From: Armatimonadota bacterium
Lineage (GTDB): Bacteria > Armatimonadota > SYMT01
NCBI GenBank assembly: GCA_041690135.1
Contig: JAWLHY010000002.1
Coordinates: forward strand, 976,342 to 1,040,341
DNA: 64,000 bases
Direction of reading: 5' to 3'
Part shown: positions 38,525-48,736 of the stretch, in pieces
How the letters are laid out: the number at the start of each line of letters is the position of its first letter
Numbering within the stretch: the first letter of the stretch is position 1
Notes under the pieces: model-generated
The model's input: the letters and a program-made list of their open reading frames with translations, nothing else
The model's database searches: none
Told to the model about the DNA's origin: nothing
Made by a program: the position numbers and the translations under genes

Positions 38525-40603
38525 TTAGCCGCAGAAGGGGCCGTTCCCGAAGAGGGCGGCCACTTCCTCCGGCGCGAAGGTCAGGAACACCGGGCGTCCG
38601 TGGGGGCAGGTGTAAGGATTCTGGGCACTCCGGAGATCCAGTAGGAGTTGCTCCAGCTCCGCTGTGCTCAGGGTCTGCCCCGCCTTGACCGCTGTTTTGC
38701 AGGAGCGTCCCGCAGCCACGGAGGCGACCTCTTCCTTCCGCAGCTTCACCTGGCCGCCGTGGGATTGGGTCGCCAGCTCATCCGCCAGGTCCCGGAAGAC
38801 GGCCTCGTAGTTGCGGCCCAGCAGGCTGCGCGGCACTGAGACCAGCCGGTACCGGTTCGGACCGAACGGCTCCACGCCGAAGCCGAGCTCGGCCAGCAGC
38901 TCCCGGTGCTCTTCCAGGGCCAGCGCCTGCGTACGGTCGACCTGCAGGGTTGGGGGTAACAGGAGCGGCTCGGCCGGCTCGGCGCCGCCCGTCGCCGCCA
39001 TCATCCGGTCGAACAGGACCCGCTCGTGTGCCACATGCTGGTCGATGACCCACAGCTTTCCGTCCCCTTCGGCCAGGATGAAGAGCTCCTTCACCTGCCC
39101 CAGCAGGGCCAGTTCGGCGATGGCGTGCCGCGGCGGCTCGGCCACGGGGGGCGTCACCCTGGGCGCGGCAGGCCGGGCATCGACCGTTCGCGTGGCCGGA
39201 GTCTCTTCGAACGGGTCGAAGTCGGGTGGCAGCGGCGCTCGGGCGGTCTCCGTTCCGGAGTAGCCGTGCGTAAGGGCTGGCCCGGCACTTGGGTGCGGAT
39301 CCCGGTCTGGAGTACGGCCGGGGCTCTGCCAGCGCTGGGGCGGGACTCGCCCGCCGATGGCGGATTGGGCAAATGGCAGCGGTCCGGTCTCTTCCGCGGC
39401 TGGGGCCGGCGGAGCGGCGGCGGGTTCCGAAACCCGCAGGCTCCGCGGTGGAAGATCCTCGAGTTCCGGCGCCGGGATCGGCGGCTGGACCGCCGACCCG
39501 CTCAGCTCGCCATCCCGGCTCAGCGCCTCCCGTACGGCGTGACGAAGGGCCGCCTGCACGGACCCCTCGTCCTGGAACCGCACCTCCGTTTTGGCCGGGT
39601 GGACGTTCACATCGACCTTATCCGCCGGGACCTGGATGAACAACAGCGCCACCGGGTACCGGCCCTGCGGCATGGTGGCGCGGAAGGCGTCGTCCAGGGC
39701 CCGGTAGAAGAGGGGGGAGCGGACGGAGCGGCCGTTCACGTAGAAGTGCTGCAGGGCGCGGTTGGCGCGCGTCAGCGTGGGCCGGCCGATGAACCCCGTC
39801 ACCGATACCATTGGAAGGGCTGTGCGGGGAGTCGCCTCCTGAAAGGGATCGTCACCGGCGTCTGCGAGACGATTGGCTTCCTCCGTCCCGCTGTTATCGC
39901 CTTCCGCCGGACCGCCACGGGGTCCCACCCGGATCATATCGCGGGCGATCGGCCGGCCGAGGACCGCCACCACGGCGTTGAGAGGGTCCTGGGAGCCCGG
40001 CGAGAGGAGCGATTCCCGGCCGTCGTGGATCAGCCGGAAGCTCACGTCGGCATGGGAAAGGGCCAGTCGCTGCAGCCAGTCGGTGATCTGTCCGGCCTCC
40101 GTCGAGTCCGACTTGAGGAACTTCTCCCGGACCGGCACGTTGAAGAAGAGGCGGCGGACCGTGATCGTCGTGCCCACCGGGGCGGCCGCGGGCTCTACCG
40201 TCTTTACCATCCCGCCCTCCACCAGAAGCCGGGTCCCGCCGGCGGCATCGGGCGTGCGAGTGAGGATCTCCAGCTCGCTTACCGCAGCGATGCTGGGGAG
40301 GGCCTCGCCGCGGAAGCCCAGGGTGTGGATGTTGAACAGGTCGTCCGCCGAGCGCAGTTTGCTGGTGGCGTGCCGCTGGAGGGCGAGGCGCGCCTCTTCC
40401 GGGGTCATGCCGCAGCCGTCGTCGCTGATCCGGATCAGCGCCTTGCCGCCGGCCTGGGTCTCGACCACGATGCGCCGGGCGCCGGCGTCCAGGGCGTTTT
40501 CGACCAGCTCCTTGACGGCGGAGGCGGGGCGCTCAACGACTTCGCCGGCGGCGATACGCTCCGCGATCTCGGGCGGCAGGATCCAGATACGGGGTTCGGG
40601 CAT
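38525..40603 (-). CDS. mutL: DNA mismatch repair endonuclease MutL
   Basis: IAAGEVVERPAS, GFRGEAL, DVNVHPAK, DQHVAHER, SCK.AVK, CPHGRP. Confidence 0.97.
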   Translation of the reverse strand: MPEPRIWILPPEIAERIAAGEVVERPASAVKELVENALDAGARRIVVETQAGGKALIRISDDGCGMTPEEARLALQRHATSKLRSADDLFNIHTLGFRGEALPSIAAVSELEILTRTPDAAGGTRLLVEGGMVKTVEPAAAPVGTTITVRRLFFNVPVREKFLKSDSTEAGQITDWLQRLALSHADVSFRLIHDGRESLLSPGSQDPLNAVVAVLGRPIARDMIRVGPRGGPAEGDNSGTEEANRLADAGDDPFQEATPRTALPMVSVTGFIGRPTLTRANRALQHFYVNGRSVRSPLFYRALDDAFRATMPQGRYPVALLFIQVPADKVDVNVHPAKTEVRFQDEGSVQAALRHAVREALSRDGELSGSAVQPPIPAPELEDLPPRSLRVSEPAAAPPAPAAEETGPLPFAQSAIGGRVPPQRWQSPGRTPDRDPHPSAGPALTHGYSGTETARAPLPPDFDPFEETPATRTVDARPAAPRVTPPVAEPPRHAIAELALLGQVKELFILAEGDGKLWVIDQHVAHERVLFDRMMAATGGAEPAEPLLLPPTLQVDRTQALALEEHRELLAELGFGVEPFGPNRYRLVSVPRSLLGRNYEAVFRDLADELATQSHGGQVKLRKEEVASVAAGRSCKTAVKAGQTLSTAELEQLLLDLRSAQNPYTCPHGRPVFLTFAPEEVAALFGNGPFCG

Positions 40604-40612
40604 GACTCAATC

Positions 40613-41497
40613 TTACCGCACCAAGCCCGCGCGCCGGAGCCACTTCAGGATGAGGTCCTCGAACGGCTCGTCGGTGATGGCCTGGAGGTAGTCGGCGCCG
40701 TACCGGCGGCACGTGTCCTGGATTCCGCCGCAGAACTGGTCCACCGCCTTCTGGTAATCTTTCAGCAGGCTGGGGCTTACGGTGATCTCCCGCTCCTCAC
40801 CGGTCTCGCAGTCCACCAGCTTCAAATCGCCGAGCACTTCGGGGCGCACTTCAGATCGGTCCAGCACGTGGACCACCGCCACCTGGAACTTCCGGTGGAG
40901 CAGGGCCTTGAGACCGGTCTCCCACTCGGGGTCGAAGAAGTCGCTGAGGAGGATCGCCACTCCCGGCCTGCGGGTGCGCAGGGCATACTCCTTCAGGCTG
41001 CCGGCGAGCGAGGTCTGCCCGTCCGGCACGGCGTTCTCCAGGAAGTTGAAGTACTGGAAGATTTGCTGTTTGCCGCGGATGGGGGGGAAGTGGTGCCGCA
41101 TCCGCTCGTCGAAGATGGTGCAGCCGACCCGGTCGTAGTTGGCGAGCCCGATGTATCCCAGCGAAGCAGCCACCCGGCGTGCATAGTCGAACTTCGTGGG
41201 CGACCCGTAAGCCATGGAGCGCGACCCATCGATCAGCACGTAGACGTGCAGGTCTTCCTCTTCCACGAACAGCTTCAGGAAGAGTTTCTCCAGCCGCGCG
41301 TAGGTGTTCCAGTCCAGGTACCGGGGATCGTCACCGAGCGTGTAGTTGCGGTAGTCGGCGAACTCCACGGAGGTACCGCGCCGGGTGCTGCGGCGTTCCC
41401 CCTTGAGCTGACCGGAGAAAACCTTCTTGCTGACGATCGAAAGCTGCTCCAGCTTCCGCAGGAATTCCGGTTCGAGCAGCGACGTCGTCAGCGGCAT
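40613..41497 (-). CDS. DUF58 (vWA-associated) protein
   Basis: G.SVEFADYRNY..GDD.R..DW, IDGSRSM, LSDF. Confidence 0.92.
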   Translation of the reverse strand: MPLTTSLLEPEFLRKLEQLSIVSKKVFSGQLKGERRSTRRGTSVEFADYRNYTLGDDPRYLDWNTYARLEKLFLKLFVEEEDLHVYVLIDGSRSMAYGSPTKFDYARRVAASLGYIGLANYDRVGCTIFDERMRHHFPPIRGKQQIFQYFNFLENAVPDGQTSLAGSLKEYALRTRRPGVAILLSDFFDPEWETGLKALLHRKFQVAVVHVLDRSEVRPEVLGDLKLVDCETGEEREITVSPSLLKDYQKAVDQFCGGIQDTCRRYGADYLQAITDEPFEDLILKWLRRAGLVR

Positions 41498-41602
41498 GAT
41501 CTCTGGCTCCAGGGGTTCGGTTGAGATGAGGGTAGGCGAACCGTGCCGCCTACCCTCCTAAATGCTTCCCAGTCCCGTTTTATTGCGCCGGGTGAAAATT
41601 GC

Positions 41603-42736
41603 CTATGCCTGGCGCAGCAGTTGCCGGAGCTCCTGGATGTTGCCGGCGTTGACCAGGGCTTCCTCCGTGGAGATGAGTTTCGCCTCCACCAGCCGCTGCA
41701 GGCTCTGGTTCATGGTGTTCATCCCGAAGTGGCGACCATCGCGGATGGTATTGTAAAGCTCGTTCGCGTTGGCCTCTTCGATGTGCTTCCGGATACTCGG
41801 CGTGTTGATCATGATCTCCACGGCGGGCACCCGGCCCGGACCCTGCCCGCGCCGCAGCAGTCGCTGGCTGACCACCCCGGTGAGCACATTCGCCAGTTGC
41901 GAGCGGACCTGGGCGCGCTCGTGCGGCGGGAACGCGTTTACGAGGCGCTCCACGGTGGCGCCCGCGGAAGTGGTGTGCATCGTCGAGAGGATCAGGTGGC
42001 CCATCTCCGCGGCGCTCAGTGCCACCGAAATCGTCTCGGGATCCCGCATCTCGCCCAGCATGATCACGTCGGGCGACTGGCGCAGCACGCTGCGGAGACC
42101 GCTGGCGAACGAGTGGGTATCGCGTCCCACTTCCCGCTGGTAGACCACGCAGTGCTTGTCCTCGAACAGGTACTCGATGGGGTCTTCGATCGTAACGATG
42201 TTCCCGTGACGCGAGTTGTTGATGTGATCGATCAGCGAGGCCAGGGTGGTGGACTTGCCGCTGCCGGTCGGCCCGGTCACCAGGATCAACCCCTGGCGCG
42301 CGTCCGCGAGTTCTCGCAGCACCGGAGGCAGGTTCAGCTCTTCCACACTGAAGGGGCGGAGCGGAATGATCCGGAGCGCCGCGGCCACGGTGCTTTGCTG
42401 GAGGAACAGGTTCGCCCGGACCCGAACCAGATTGGGAATGGTGAAAACGAGGTCGACTTCTTCCTTCTCGGCCAGCTGCGCCATCTGCCGCTCGGCGAGG
42501 GCGGGGATGTCGTCCGCTTCCTTGCCGGGGGCATGGAAGCGCAGCAGGTAGTCCCGGCTGGCGCTGTAAATAATGGACTGCGCCAGTTCTTCCGTGTCCG
42601 CCGGCTCGAGCGGCTTCAGCTTGGTGGCGATGACGGTGCCGTCGATCCTAAGGGCCGGAGCGGAACCCGCTTTGAGTAGCAGGTCGGATGCCCGGTGGCG
42701 AATGGCCAGCTCCAACAGCTCATGGATGTTAATCAT
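41603..42736 (-). CDS. pilT: Type IV pilus retraction ATPase PilT/PilU family
   Basis: GPTGSGKSTT, TIEDPIEY, QREVG.DT, LRQSPDVI..GEMRD, GHL..STMH. Confidence 0.9.
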   Translation of the reverse strand: MINIHELLELAIRHRASDLLLKAGSAPALRIDGTVIATKLKPLEPADTEELAQSIIYSASRDYLLRFHAPGKEADDIPALAERQMAQLAEKEEVDLVFTIPNLVRVRANLFLQQSTVAAALRIIPLRPFSVEELNLPPVLRELADARQGLILVTGPTGSGKSTTLASLIDHINNSRHGNIVTIEDPIEYLFEDKHCVVYQREVGRDTHSFASGLRSVLRQSPDVIMLGEMRDPETISVALSAAEMGHLILSTMHTTSAGATVERLVNAFPPHERAQVRSQLANVLTGVVSQRLLRRGQGPGRVPAVEIMINTPSIRKHIEEANANELYNTIRDGRHFGMNTMNQSLQRLVEAKLISTEEALVNAGNIQELRQLLRQA

Positions 42737-42926
42737 TACCAGCGTTTCCGGGAAGCGGAGGTCGGTCCCATTATAGCAGAGGAAGCCTTTTGCCGCTAAG
42801 GTTCTGGGCAGCGCTTCTCAAGCGGCGCGCCTCGTCTCTTTTAGACCGGCGAGACTGCCGCTCGGTTCCACCGGGCGGCCAGGAATTCTTAGTTTTAATT
42901 TAGAAAAGGCTGGCCGGAGAAAGACT

Positions 42927-43877
42927 ATGTTGCGGCGAGAGTACATTTACGACGAAGCGTTGATCCCTTCCTGCCACGCCTCCACCCTGGTGGCGACGGA
43001 GCGGGAAGTGCTGGCCGCCTGGTTCGGCGGAACCCGGGAAGGGGCGCCGGATGTCGCCATCTGGTTTGCCCGGAGAAACGGCGCCGGCCCGGAAGGTCGG
43101 TGGTCGGCACCGGAGAAGGTCGCGTCCCACAACGGCGTGCCCTGCTGGAATCCGGTCCTGCACCAGCCCCGCCGCGGGCCGCTGCTGCTCTTCTACAAAG
43201 TCGGCCCCAGCCCGCAGACCTGGACTGGAGCGTTGCTGCGCTCGGAGAACGAAGGGGCTCGCTGGTCGCCACCGGAGGTCCTGCCGGCCGGGATCCTGGG
43301 GCCGGTCAAGAACAAGGCGTTCGAGCTGCCGGATGGGACCATGGTCTGCGGTACCAGTACGGAAAGCTACCAGGTATGGGGGTGTTGGGTGGAACGCACG
43401 CCGGACCTCGGAAAAACCTGGACCAAGCACGGCCCTATCAACGTGCCGGGCCATCTCTACGGCATCATCCAGCCCGCGGTCTTTGGCACTCCGGAGGGGA
43501 AACTCGCGATGCTCTGCCGCGCGCGGGGCCTCCACCGGATGGTCCGGGCCAGCTCGGAGGACGGTGGAAAGACCTGGACGCAGGCCTCGGCCATCGACCT
43601 TCCGCAGAACAACAGCGGTCTCGATGCGGTGCGCCTGCGGGATGGTCGTGTCGTCCTGATCTATAACCACACCACTTCCGGCCGCACCCCGCTCAACCTG
43701 GCCGTCAGCCGGGACCTGGGGCAGACCTGGAAACCCGGCCCCGTGCTGGAATCCGAACCCGGCGAATATTCTTACCCGGCCATCGTGGAAGGCCCGGACG
43801 GCCGCATCCATTTCACCTACACCTGGAATCGCAAGCGCATCCGCTACGGCGTTCTCGACCCCGAAGATCTGGGATAA
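42927..43877 (+). CDS. BNR-repeat sialidase-like protein
   Basis: SCHAST, AWFGGTREG, GPVKNK; Asp-boxes (SEDGGKTW, SRDLGQTW); EYSYP. Confidence 0.88.
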   Translation: MLRREYIYDEALIPSCHASTLVATEREVLAAWFGGTREGAPDVAIWFARRNGAGPEGRWSAPEKVASHNGVPCWNPVLHQPRRGPLLLFYKVGPSPQTWTGALLRSENEGARWSPPEVLPAGILGPVKNKAFELPDGTMVCGTSTESYQVWGCWVERTPDLGKTWTKHGPINVPGHLYGIIQPAVFGTPEGKLAMLCRARGLHRMVRASSEDGGKTWTQASAIDLPQNNSGLDAVRLRDGRVVLIYNHTTSGRTPLNLAVSRDLGQTWKPGPVLESEPGEYSYPAIVEGPDGRIHFTYTWNRKRIRYGVLDPEDLG

Positions 43878-43908
43878 AAAACGGGCGCACCCGAAAGGAT
43901 GCGCCCGT
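43876..43908. terminator. Terminator between convergent genes
   Basis: A6 then ACGGGCGCA...TGCGCCCGT stem (U-tract on the minus strand). Confidence 0.7.
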
Positions 43909-43939
43909 CCATATTTCAACCCCGCAGGGTTCAGTTGGC

Positions 43940-44179
43940 TCAGTAATGTGGAGGCAACTGGAGGTCCGTGGGTGCCCAGTTTTCCCGGTGCGTCTCGATC
44001 CACGACAGGTAGCCGGGGTCGTCGATGTACGGGTAATTGGGCAGGGCCGACGTGCGGATCTGGTTGGATACCAGGGGTCCGTAGCAGCCGGTGACCACCC
44101 CATTGTAGTCTAACTGCACGGCGAATACTTCGCCGGACTGGCCGTGTTCCCAGAACTCAAAGATACGGTTACGATTCAT
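43940..44179 (-). CDS. Small hypothetical protein
   Basis: ATG 44179 with GGAGG SD; 79 aa, ends before the terminator. Confidence 0.65.
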   Translation of the reverse strand: MNRNRIFEFWEHGQSGEVFAVQLDYNGVVTGCYGPLVSNQIRTSALPNYPYIDDPGYLSWIETHRENWAPTDLQLPPHY

Positions 44180-44409
44180 CGTTTCCTCCGCCCCCATGGT
44201 ACCCGGATAGGGAAAAGGCTCTAACCAGGCGAGACGTCATTGTCCGCCATTGAGAGTGCCACGGAAGCTCGCGGTTGTGCCGCCAGGTCTATATTATCGG
44301 GTCTTGGTTTCGGTGGCATTACCCCTGGGTAAGTCCTGCGGTGCCGGGGCGTCCGGCGCCGGCCCCCTCTGGGGCCGCCTCCTGATGCCTCGCGGAAGGA
44401 GGACAATCC

Positions 44410-45117
44410 ATGGATATGGACCGAGAAAGAACGCACGACGTCCACATCGAGCGGGACGCAGTCATAGAAGGACGCAAGGGCGGCACTGTAGCCGCGACCT
44501 ACCCGGGCGCGATGGCCGTCCGGCCGACCGAGAGTGAGGTTGGCGAGGTAGCTTACCTGGGCCTGAGCCGCGCTTCCTGGTCGTCCATCTGGGCCGGTTT
44601 CTTCATCGGCACGATGGCTTACATCCTGATGAACGTCCTGGGCATGGCCCTGGGTCTGACCTGGCTGAACAACGACGCGGTGACGCGCGGTGAGATGCAG
44701 ACGGCGTCCGCGATCTGGTTGATCGTTACTTCGCTGATCAGCTTCTTCATCGGCGGCTTCGTGACGGGGCGGATGATGTCTATCCCCGGTCGCGGTACGG
44801 GAGCGATGAACGGCTTCCTGTTCGGTTGCTTCAGTATCCTGTTGCTGGCGACCTTCTCGATTGCGCCGGTGCTGGGTAATCTGCCGACAGTCGCGTCGAT
44901 CTTTATGCGCCTGAACCTGGGAGGCCAGGGTGGAATGCAGGTGAGTCCCGCTAACATGCAGGCCTGGGCCTGGTGGTCGTTCATTGGTCTGATCGTGGCG
45001 CTGGGCGCCGCCACTGTGGGTGGCATGTTCGGCGCTCGTCGGGCGGATGTAGACCCGCTGACCACGGGCGAGGAGCGCGACCATGGCCATCATCGTCGCG
45101 CCGAAGCCGCCGGCTAA
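44410..45117 (+). CDS. Integral membrane hypothetical protein (RxSWxxIxAG family)
   Basis: AGGAGG SD; SRASWSSIWAG followed by about 4 TM helices. Confidence 0.8.
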   Translation: MDMDRERTHDVHIERDAVIEGRKGGTVAATYPGAMAVRPTESEVGEVAYLGLSRASWSSIWAGFFIGTMAYILMNVLGMALGLTWLNNDAVTRGEMQTASAIWLIVTSLISFFIGGFVTGRMMSIPGRGTGAMNGFLFGCFSILLLATFSIAPVLGNLPTVASIFMRLNLGGQGGMQVSPANMQAWAWWSFIGLIVALGAATVGGMFGARRADVDPLTTGEERDHGHHRRAEAAG

Positions 45118-45149
45118 CGCTGGTTAGGACTGGTTAACGCAGACTAAGA

Positions 45150-45195
45150 GACGTGGAGGCACGGTCCCTGATATAAGGGACCGTGCCTCCACGTC
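45150..45195. terminator. 20-bp perfect hairpin overlapping the mutY start
   Basis: GACGTGGAGGCACGGTCCCT-gatata-AGGGACCGTGCCTCCACGTC. Confidence 0.6.
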
Positions 45196-46367
45196 GTTCT
45201 TCCCTTCCATTACCCCCTCCGGGCGCCGACCCGGATCCCACGCCAACGCTCGATCCCGAGCTCGCGCGGGCCATCTCCGAGCCCCTGTTGCTCTGGTTTC
45301 GCGCACACCAGCGGGACCTGCCCTGGCGGCGCGATACCCGCCCCTACGCGATCTGGGTGTCGGAGATGATGCTCCAGCAGACGCAGGTGGCGACGGTTAT
45401 TCCTTACTTCGAGCGCTGGATGCAGCGTTTCCCCACGGTCGAGGCGCTCGCCGCCGCGGAAGAGGCGGAGGTCCTGCACGCCTGGCAGGGCCTGGGCTAC
45501 TATTCTCGTGCCCGCAACCTCCTGCGGGGCGCCCGAGAGGTGGTGGAGCGCTTCGACGGCCGCGTGCCGGAAGACCCGGCCCAACTGCTGAGCCTGCCGG
45601 GCATCGGGCGCTATACGGCAGGCGCGATTGCCAGCATCGCTTACAACCGTTCTGCCCCCATCGTGGATGGGAACGTGATGCGGGTGCTGACACGCCTCTT
45701 CGCCCTGCGCGGCGATCCTCGCAAGCCGCCCTTGGCGCCTCGCCTGTGGGATCTGGCGGAAGCGTTGATCCCGGAGGGGCATGCGCGCGAGTTCAACCCC
45801 GCCCTCATGGAACTGGGCGCTACCGTGTGTACCCCGGCCCGCCCGCGCTGTGAAGACTGCCCCGTGGCGGAAGCATGCGAAGCCCGGGCGCTCGGCATTC
45901 CGGAGGAACTGCCCGAATCAGCCGCCGGTCCGCAGATCACGCCGGTTTCCATGGCCGCGGCCATCGTCCGGGATGGCGACCGCGTGTTGCTGGTTCAGCG
46001 CCCCGAAACAGCCAGCCGGTGGGCCGGGATGTGGGAGTTTCCCAACGCGGAAGTGGGGGAGCGGGAAACGCCTGAAGAGGCGGCCGCCCGCGCCGTCCGG
46101 GAGGCCACGGGGCTGGCGGTAGAATGCGGCGCCCGCGCGACCACCATCCGCCACTCCGTTACCCGCTACCGCATCACCCTCACGGTTTTTCACGCGGCGC
46201 TTGCAGGCAACTGTGGGAGCGATCCCGCACGGACTCATTTCGACTGGAAATGGGTCCATCCCGCCGAACTATCCGACTATCCGCTCCCGGCGGCGCACCG
46301 GAAGATCGCCGACCGGATCACGATCCATACGGAAGAGGTCCAGCGTGAGTTCAACTTCGGTGGTTGA
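45183..46367 (+). CDS. mutY: A/G-specific adenine glycosylase
   Basis: RDLPWR, SEMMLQQTQV, WQGLGYYSRARNL, LPGIGRYTAGAI, VDGNV, C-X6-C-X2-C-X5-C; C-terminal Nudix-like domain. Confidence 0.96.
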   Translation: MPPRRSSLPLPPPGADPDPTPTLDPELARAISEPLLLWFRAHQRDLPWRRDTRPYAIWVSEMMLQQTQVATVIPYFERWMQRFPTVEALAAAEEAEVLHAWQGLGYYSRARNLLRGAREVVERFDGRVPEDPAQLLSLPGIGRYTAGAIASIAYNRSAPIVDGNVMRVLTRLFALRGDPRKPPLAPRLWDLAEALIPEGHAREFNPALMELGATVCTPARPRCEDCPVAEACEARALGIPEELPESAAGPQITPVSMAAAIVRDGDRVLLVQRPETASRWAGMWEFPNAEVGERETPEEAAARAVREATGLAVECGARATTIRHSVTRYRITLTVFHAALAGNCGSDPARTHFDWKWVHPAELSDYPLPAAHRKIADRITIHTEEVQREFNFGG

Positions 46368-46761
46368 GGTAGCCCTGGCGCTGGTCCGGCGGCAGGGCTA
46401 CCTGCTCATCACGCGGCGCCCCGCGCACACCCACCTGGGCGGGCTCTGGGAATTTCCCGGAGGCAAGTGCCGCGCCGGAGAATCGCCCGAGGAATGTGCG
46501 GAACGGGAGACGCTGGAGGAGGTCGGCGTCCGCTGCCGGGCGGTCCGGCGTCGCGCGACGATCGAGTTTACCTACCCGGAGCGGACGGTCCGCCTCTACC
46601 CCATCGAGTGTGAGTATGTCGCGGGCGACCCTCGCCCACTGGAAGTCGCGGAGTGGGCCTGGGTCGCCCCGGCAGAACTCACCGCCTATCCTTTCCCTCC
46701 GGCCAACGCTGGTCTCATCCAGGATCTACAGGCCCCGGAGCTACAGGCCGGAGACGTTTAG
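46345..46761 (+). CDS. mutT: MutT/NudG-like Nudix (d)NTP pyrophosphohydrolase
   Basis: HLGGLWEFPGGK..GESPEECAERETLEEVG Nudix box, FPPAN; GTG start overlaps the end of mutY. Confidence 0.85.
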   Translation: MSSTSVVEVALALVRRQGYLLITRRPAHTHLGGLWEFPGGKCRAGESPEECAERETLEEVGVRCRAVRRRATIEFTYPERTVRLYPIECEYVAGDPRPLEVAEWAWVAPAELTAYPFPPANAGLIQDLQAPELQAGDV

Positions 46762-48042
46762 CAGCGGCTCGTGGATTCCGTCCGGGTCGTCGGAGGGGGA
46801 GAAGCTGGCCCCGCGAGCCACCAGGGCATCCCGCACCTGTTTCGGCGTGGCTTGCGGGTGGGTGGCCAGGTACAGGGCAGCGGCGCCGGCCACGTGCGGA
46901 GAGGCCTGGCTCGTGCCGCTGAACGAGGCGTACTTCTTCCCCTTGAACGTGGAACGTATGCTCACCCCCGGCGCCACCAGGTCGATCCGCTCGCCGTAGT
47001 TGCTGAAGTCGGCGAAGCTCTCGTCATTTTCGACGTAGTTGCGGCGGATGCGGAAGAGCGAGGGATCGTAGCCCGCGGAGCCGTCCCGGTCCGCCATGGC
47101 GGACACGGTAATCACCCCATCCAGGATGGCGGGGTAGATCGGAAAGGCATAGGGCAGGGCGCCGGCGATGTCCTGGCGGTCGTTGCCGGCAGCCACCACC
47201 ACGGTCACTCCCGCCGCCACGCAACTGGAGATGGCGCTCCGCAGCGGTTCGGGATCATCGATCTCGCCTCCCAGGCTGAGGTTGGCCACGTCGATCGTGC
47301 CGGCGTTGGCCGCTACCCAGTCGAGGCCCTTGATCACGTCCGACCACTTCCCCTTGCCGCTACGCGGCAGTACCCGGACCGACCACAAGCGCACGCCGGG
47401 GGCTACGCCCACCACGCCCTGCCCATTGTCCAGAGCGCCGATGATCCCCGCGACGTGCGTGCCGTGCCCGTGGGCGTCCGTGTACTTGCCGCCGCGCAGC
47501 ACGCCATAGCCTCCAGCGACCCGGAGGTCGGGGTGCCGGGTATCGATTCCCGTATCCAGGACGGCCACATCCACGGGGATGGGCGTGTCGATCCCGTCCA
47601 GGTCGGCCGTGGGGCTGTGGCCCGTGCCGCAGCGCGCGATACCGGTGGGCACCGCCTGTCCCCGCGCGGCTCGCGGAGCCCGGGTGGTCTGGGGGGTGTT
47701 GCCGACGGCGTCCGGCTGTCGCGGAATCTGTACGGTAAGGTCCCGCACGACTCGCCACACGCGCGGATCACTCCGAAGCGCCCGCACTTGCGCCGGCGTG
47801 AGGTCCGCGGCAAACCCCGCGAAGGCGCGCCCATACACGTGGCGCGGCTGCACTCCCGTCCGGCGCATGACCCCCGCGGCCGACTGGGACGCGAGCCCGC
47901 GGCGCAGTTGGACGATATAGCCGCTGGCGGTCGCTGGCGATTGCGCTACCGCGCTATGGACGGCCAGGGTGGCGGCGAGCGATCCGAAGACGAGTGCGGG
48001 ACGGACGAGGAGGCGCGGCAGGCGAGGGGAGGAACACGACAT
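46741..48042 (-). CDS. Subtilisin-like S8 serine protease with I9 propeptide
   Basis: VAVLDTG, HGTHVAG, AAGN, SGTSQASPHVAG; YIV propeptide. Confidence 0.93.
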   Translation of the reverse strand: MSCSSPRLPRLLVRPALVFGSLAATLAVHSAVAQSPATASGYIVQLRRGLASQSAAGVMRRTGVQPRHVYGRAFAGFAADLTPAQVRALRSDPRVWRVVRDLTVQIPRQPDAVGNTPQTTRAPRAARGQAVPTGIARCGTGHSPTADLDGIDTPIPVDVAVLDTGIDTRHPDLRVAGGYGVLRGGKYTDAHGHGTHVAGIIGALDNGQGVVGVAPGVRLWSVRVLPRSGKGKWSDVIKGLDWVAANAGTIDVANLSLGGEIDDPEPLRSAISSCVAAGVTVVVAAGNDRQDIAGALPYAFPIYPAILDGVITVSAMADRDGSAGYDPSLFRIRRNYVENDESFADFSNYGERIDLVAPGVSIRSTFKGKKYASFSGTSQASPHVAGAAALYLATHPQATPKQVRDALVARGASFSPSDDPDGIHEPLLNVSGL

Positions 48043-48313
48043 CGGGCGGATACATCCTCGGGAGGCAAACAGGCTCCCTCACATCATACCTTCGGACGGG
48101 ACTGAGATGCCGCCCACCGCTGGAATCTGCAATATTGCATGAGATCCTCAGGGTTTCCTGTACGAGACATGGCCGCGGAATAGGGTAGCCATGGGCGTGA
48201 TCGAGTGCTATACTGTTGCAGTTGCCCGGCGCGGGAGCTTTGCCGCTCCCTCCTCGGCGACAAATGAATGAGGGCACCGGTAAGCGGTGCACGAAACTGA
48301 AGGGGGCGGGGAA

Positions 48314-48736
48314 ATGAAGTGGTCGGGCGTTGGCTCGGGGATGGCGGTGCTGTGCGCCGTGCATTGCGTGGCGCTGCCGGTGCTGGCGGGCGCATCCTGC
48401 TGCGTCCACGATAGTCCCTGGTCCAGCCCCTGGGTGGAAGGCAGCATGCTCGGATTCACGGCCGTGGTGGGCTTCGGCACGCTGGGCGCCGGCTTCCGCC
48501 GCCACCGGCAGTTCCTCCCCCTCGTCATGCTGACCCTGGGCCTGGGGGCGATGCTTTTCTCCCACTTCCAACTCTCGGGCCCCCCCGCGACCGCCGCCAC
48601 CATCCTCGGCGCGTTGATGATCGTCGGCGCCCAGCTCTTCAACGGCCGCTGCCCCGCCGTCTGCTGCACCACCCATACCAGCCACCCGGACATGGAGCCC
48701 CAGCAGGCCACCGCATCCGCCCCCAGCCGCGCCTGA
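48314..48736 (+). CDS. MerC-domain membrane protein
   Basis: LCAVHCVALP motif, G.RRHR, 4 TM segments, Cys/His-rich tail. Confidence 0.8.
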   Translation: MKWSGVGSGMAVLCAVHCVALPVLAGASCCVHDSPWSSPWVEGSMLGFTAVVGFGTLGAGFRRHRQFLPLVMLTLGLGAMLFSHFQLSGPPATAATILGALMIVGAQLFNGRCPAVCCTTHTSHPDMEPQQATASAPSRA

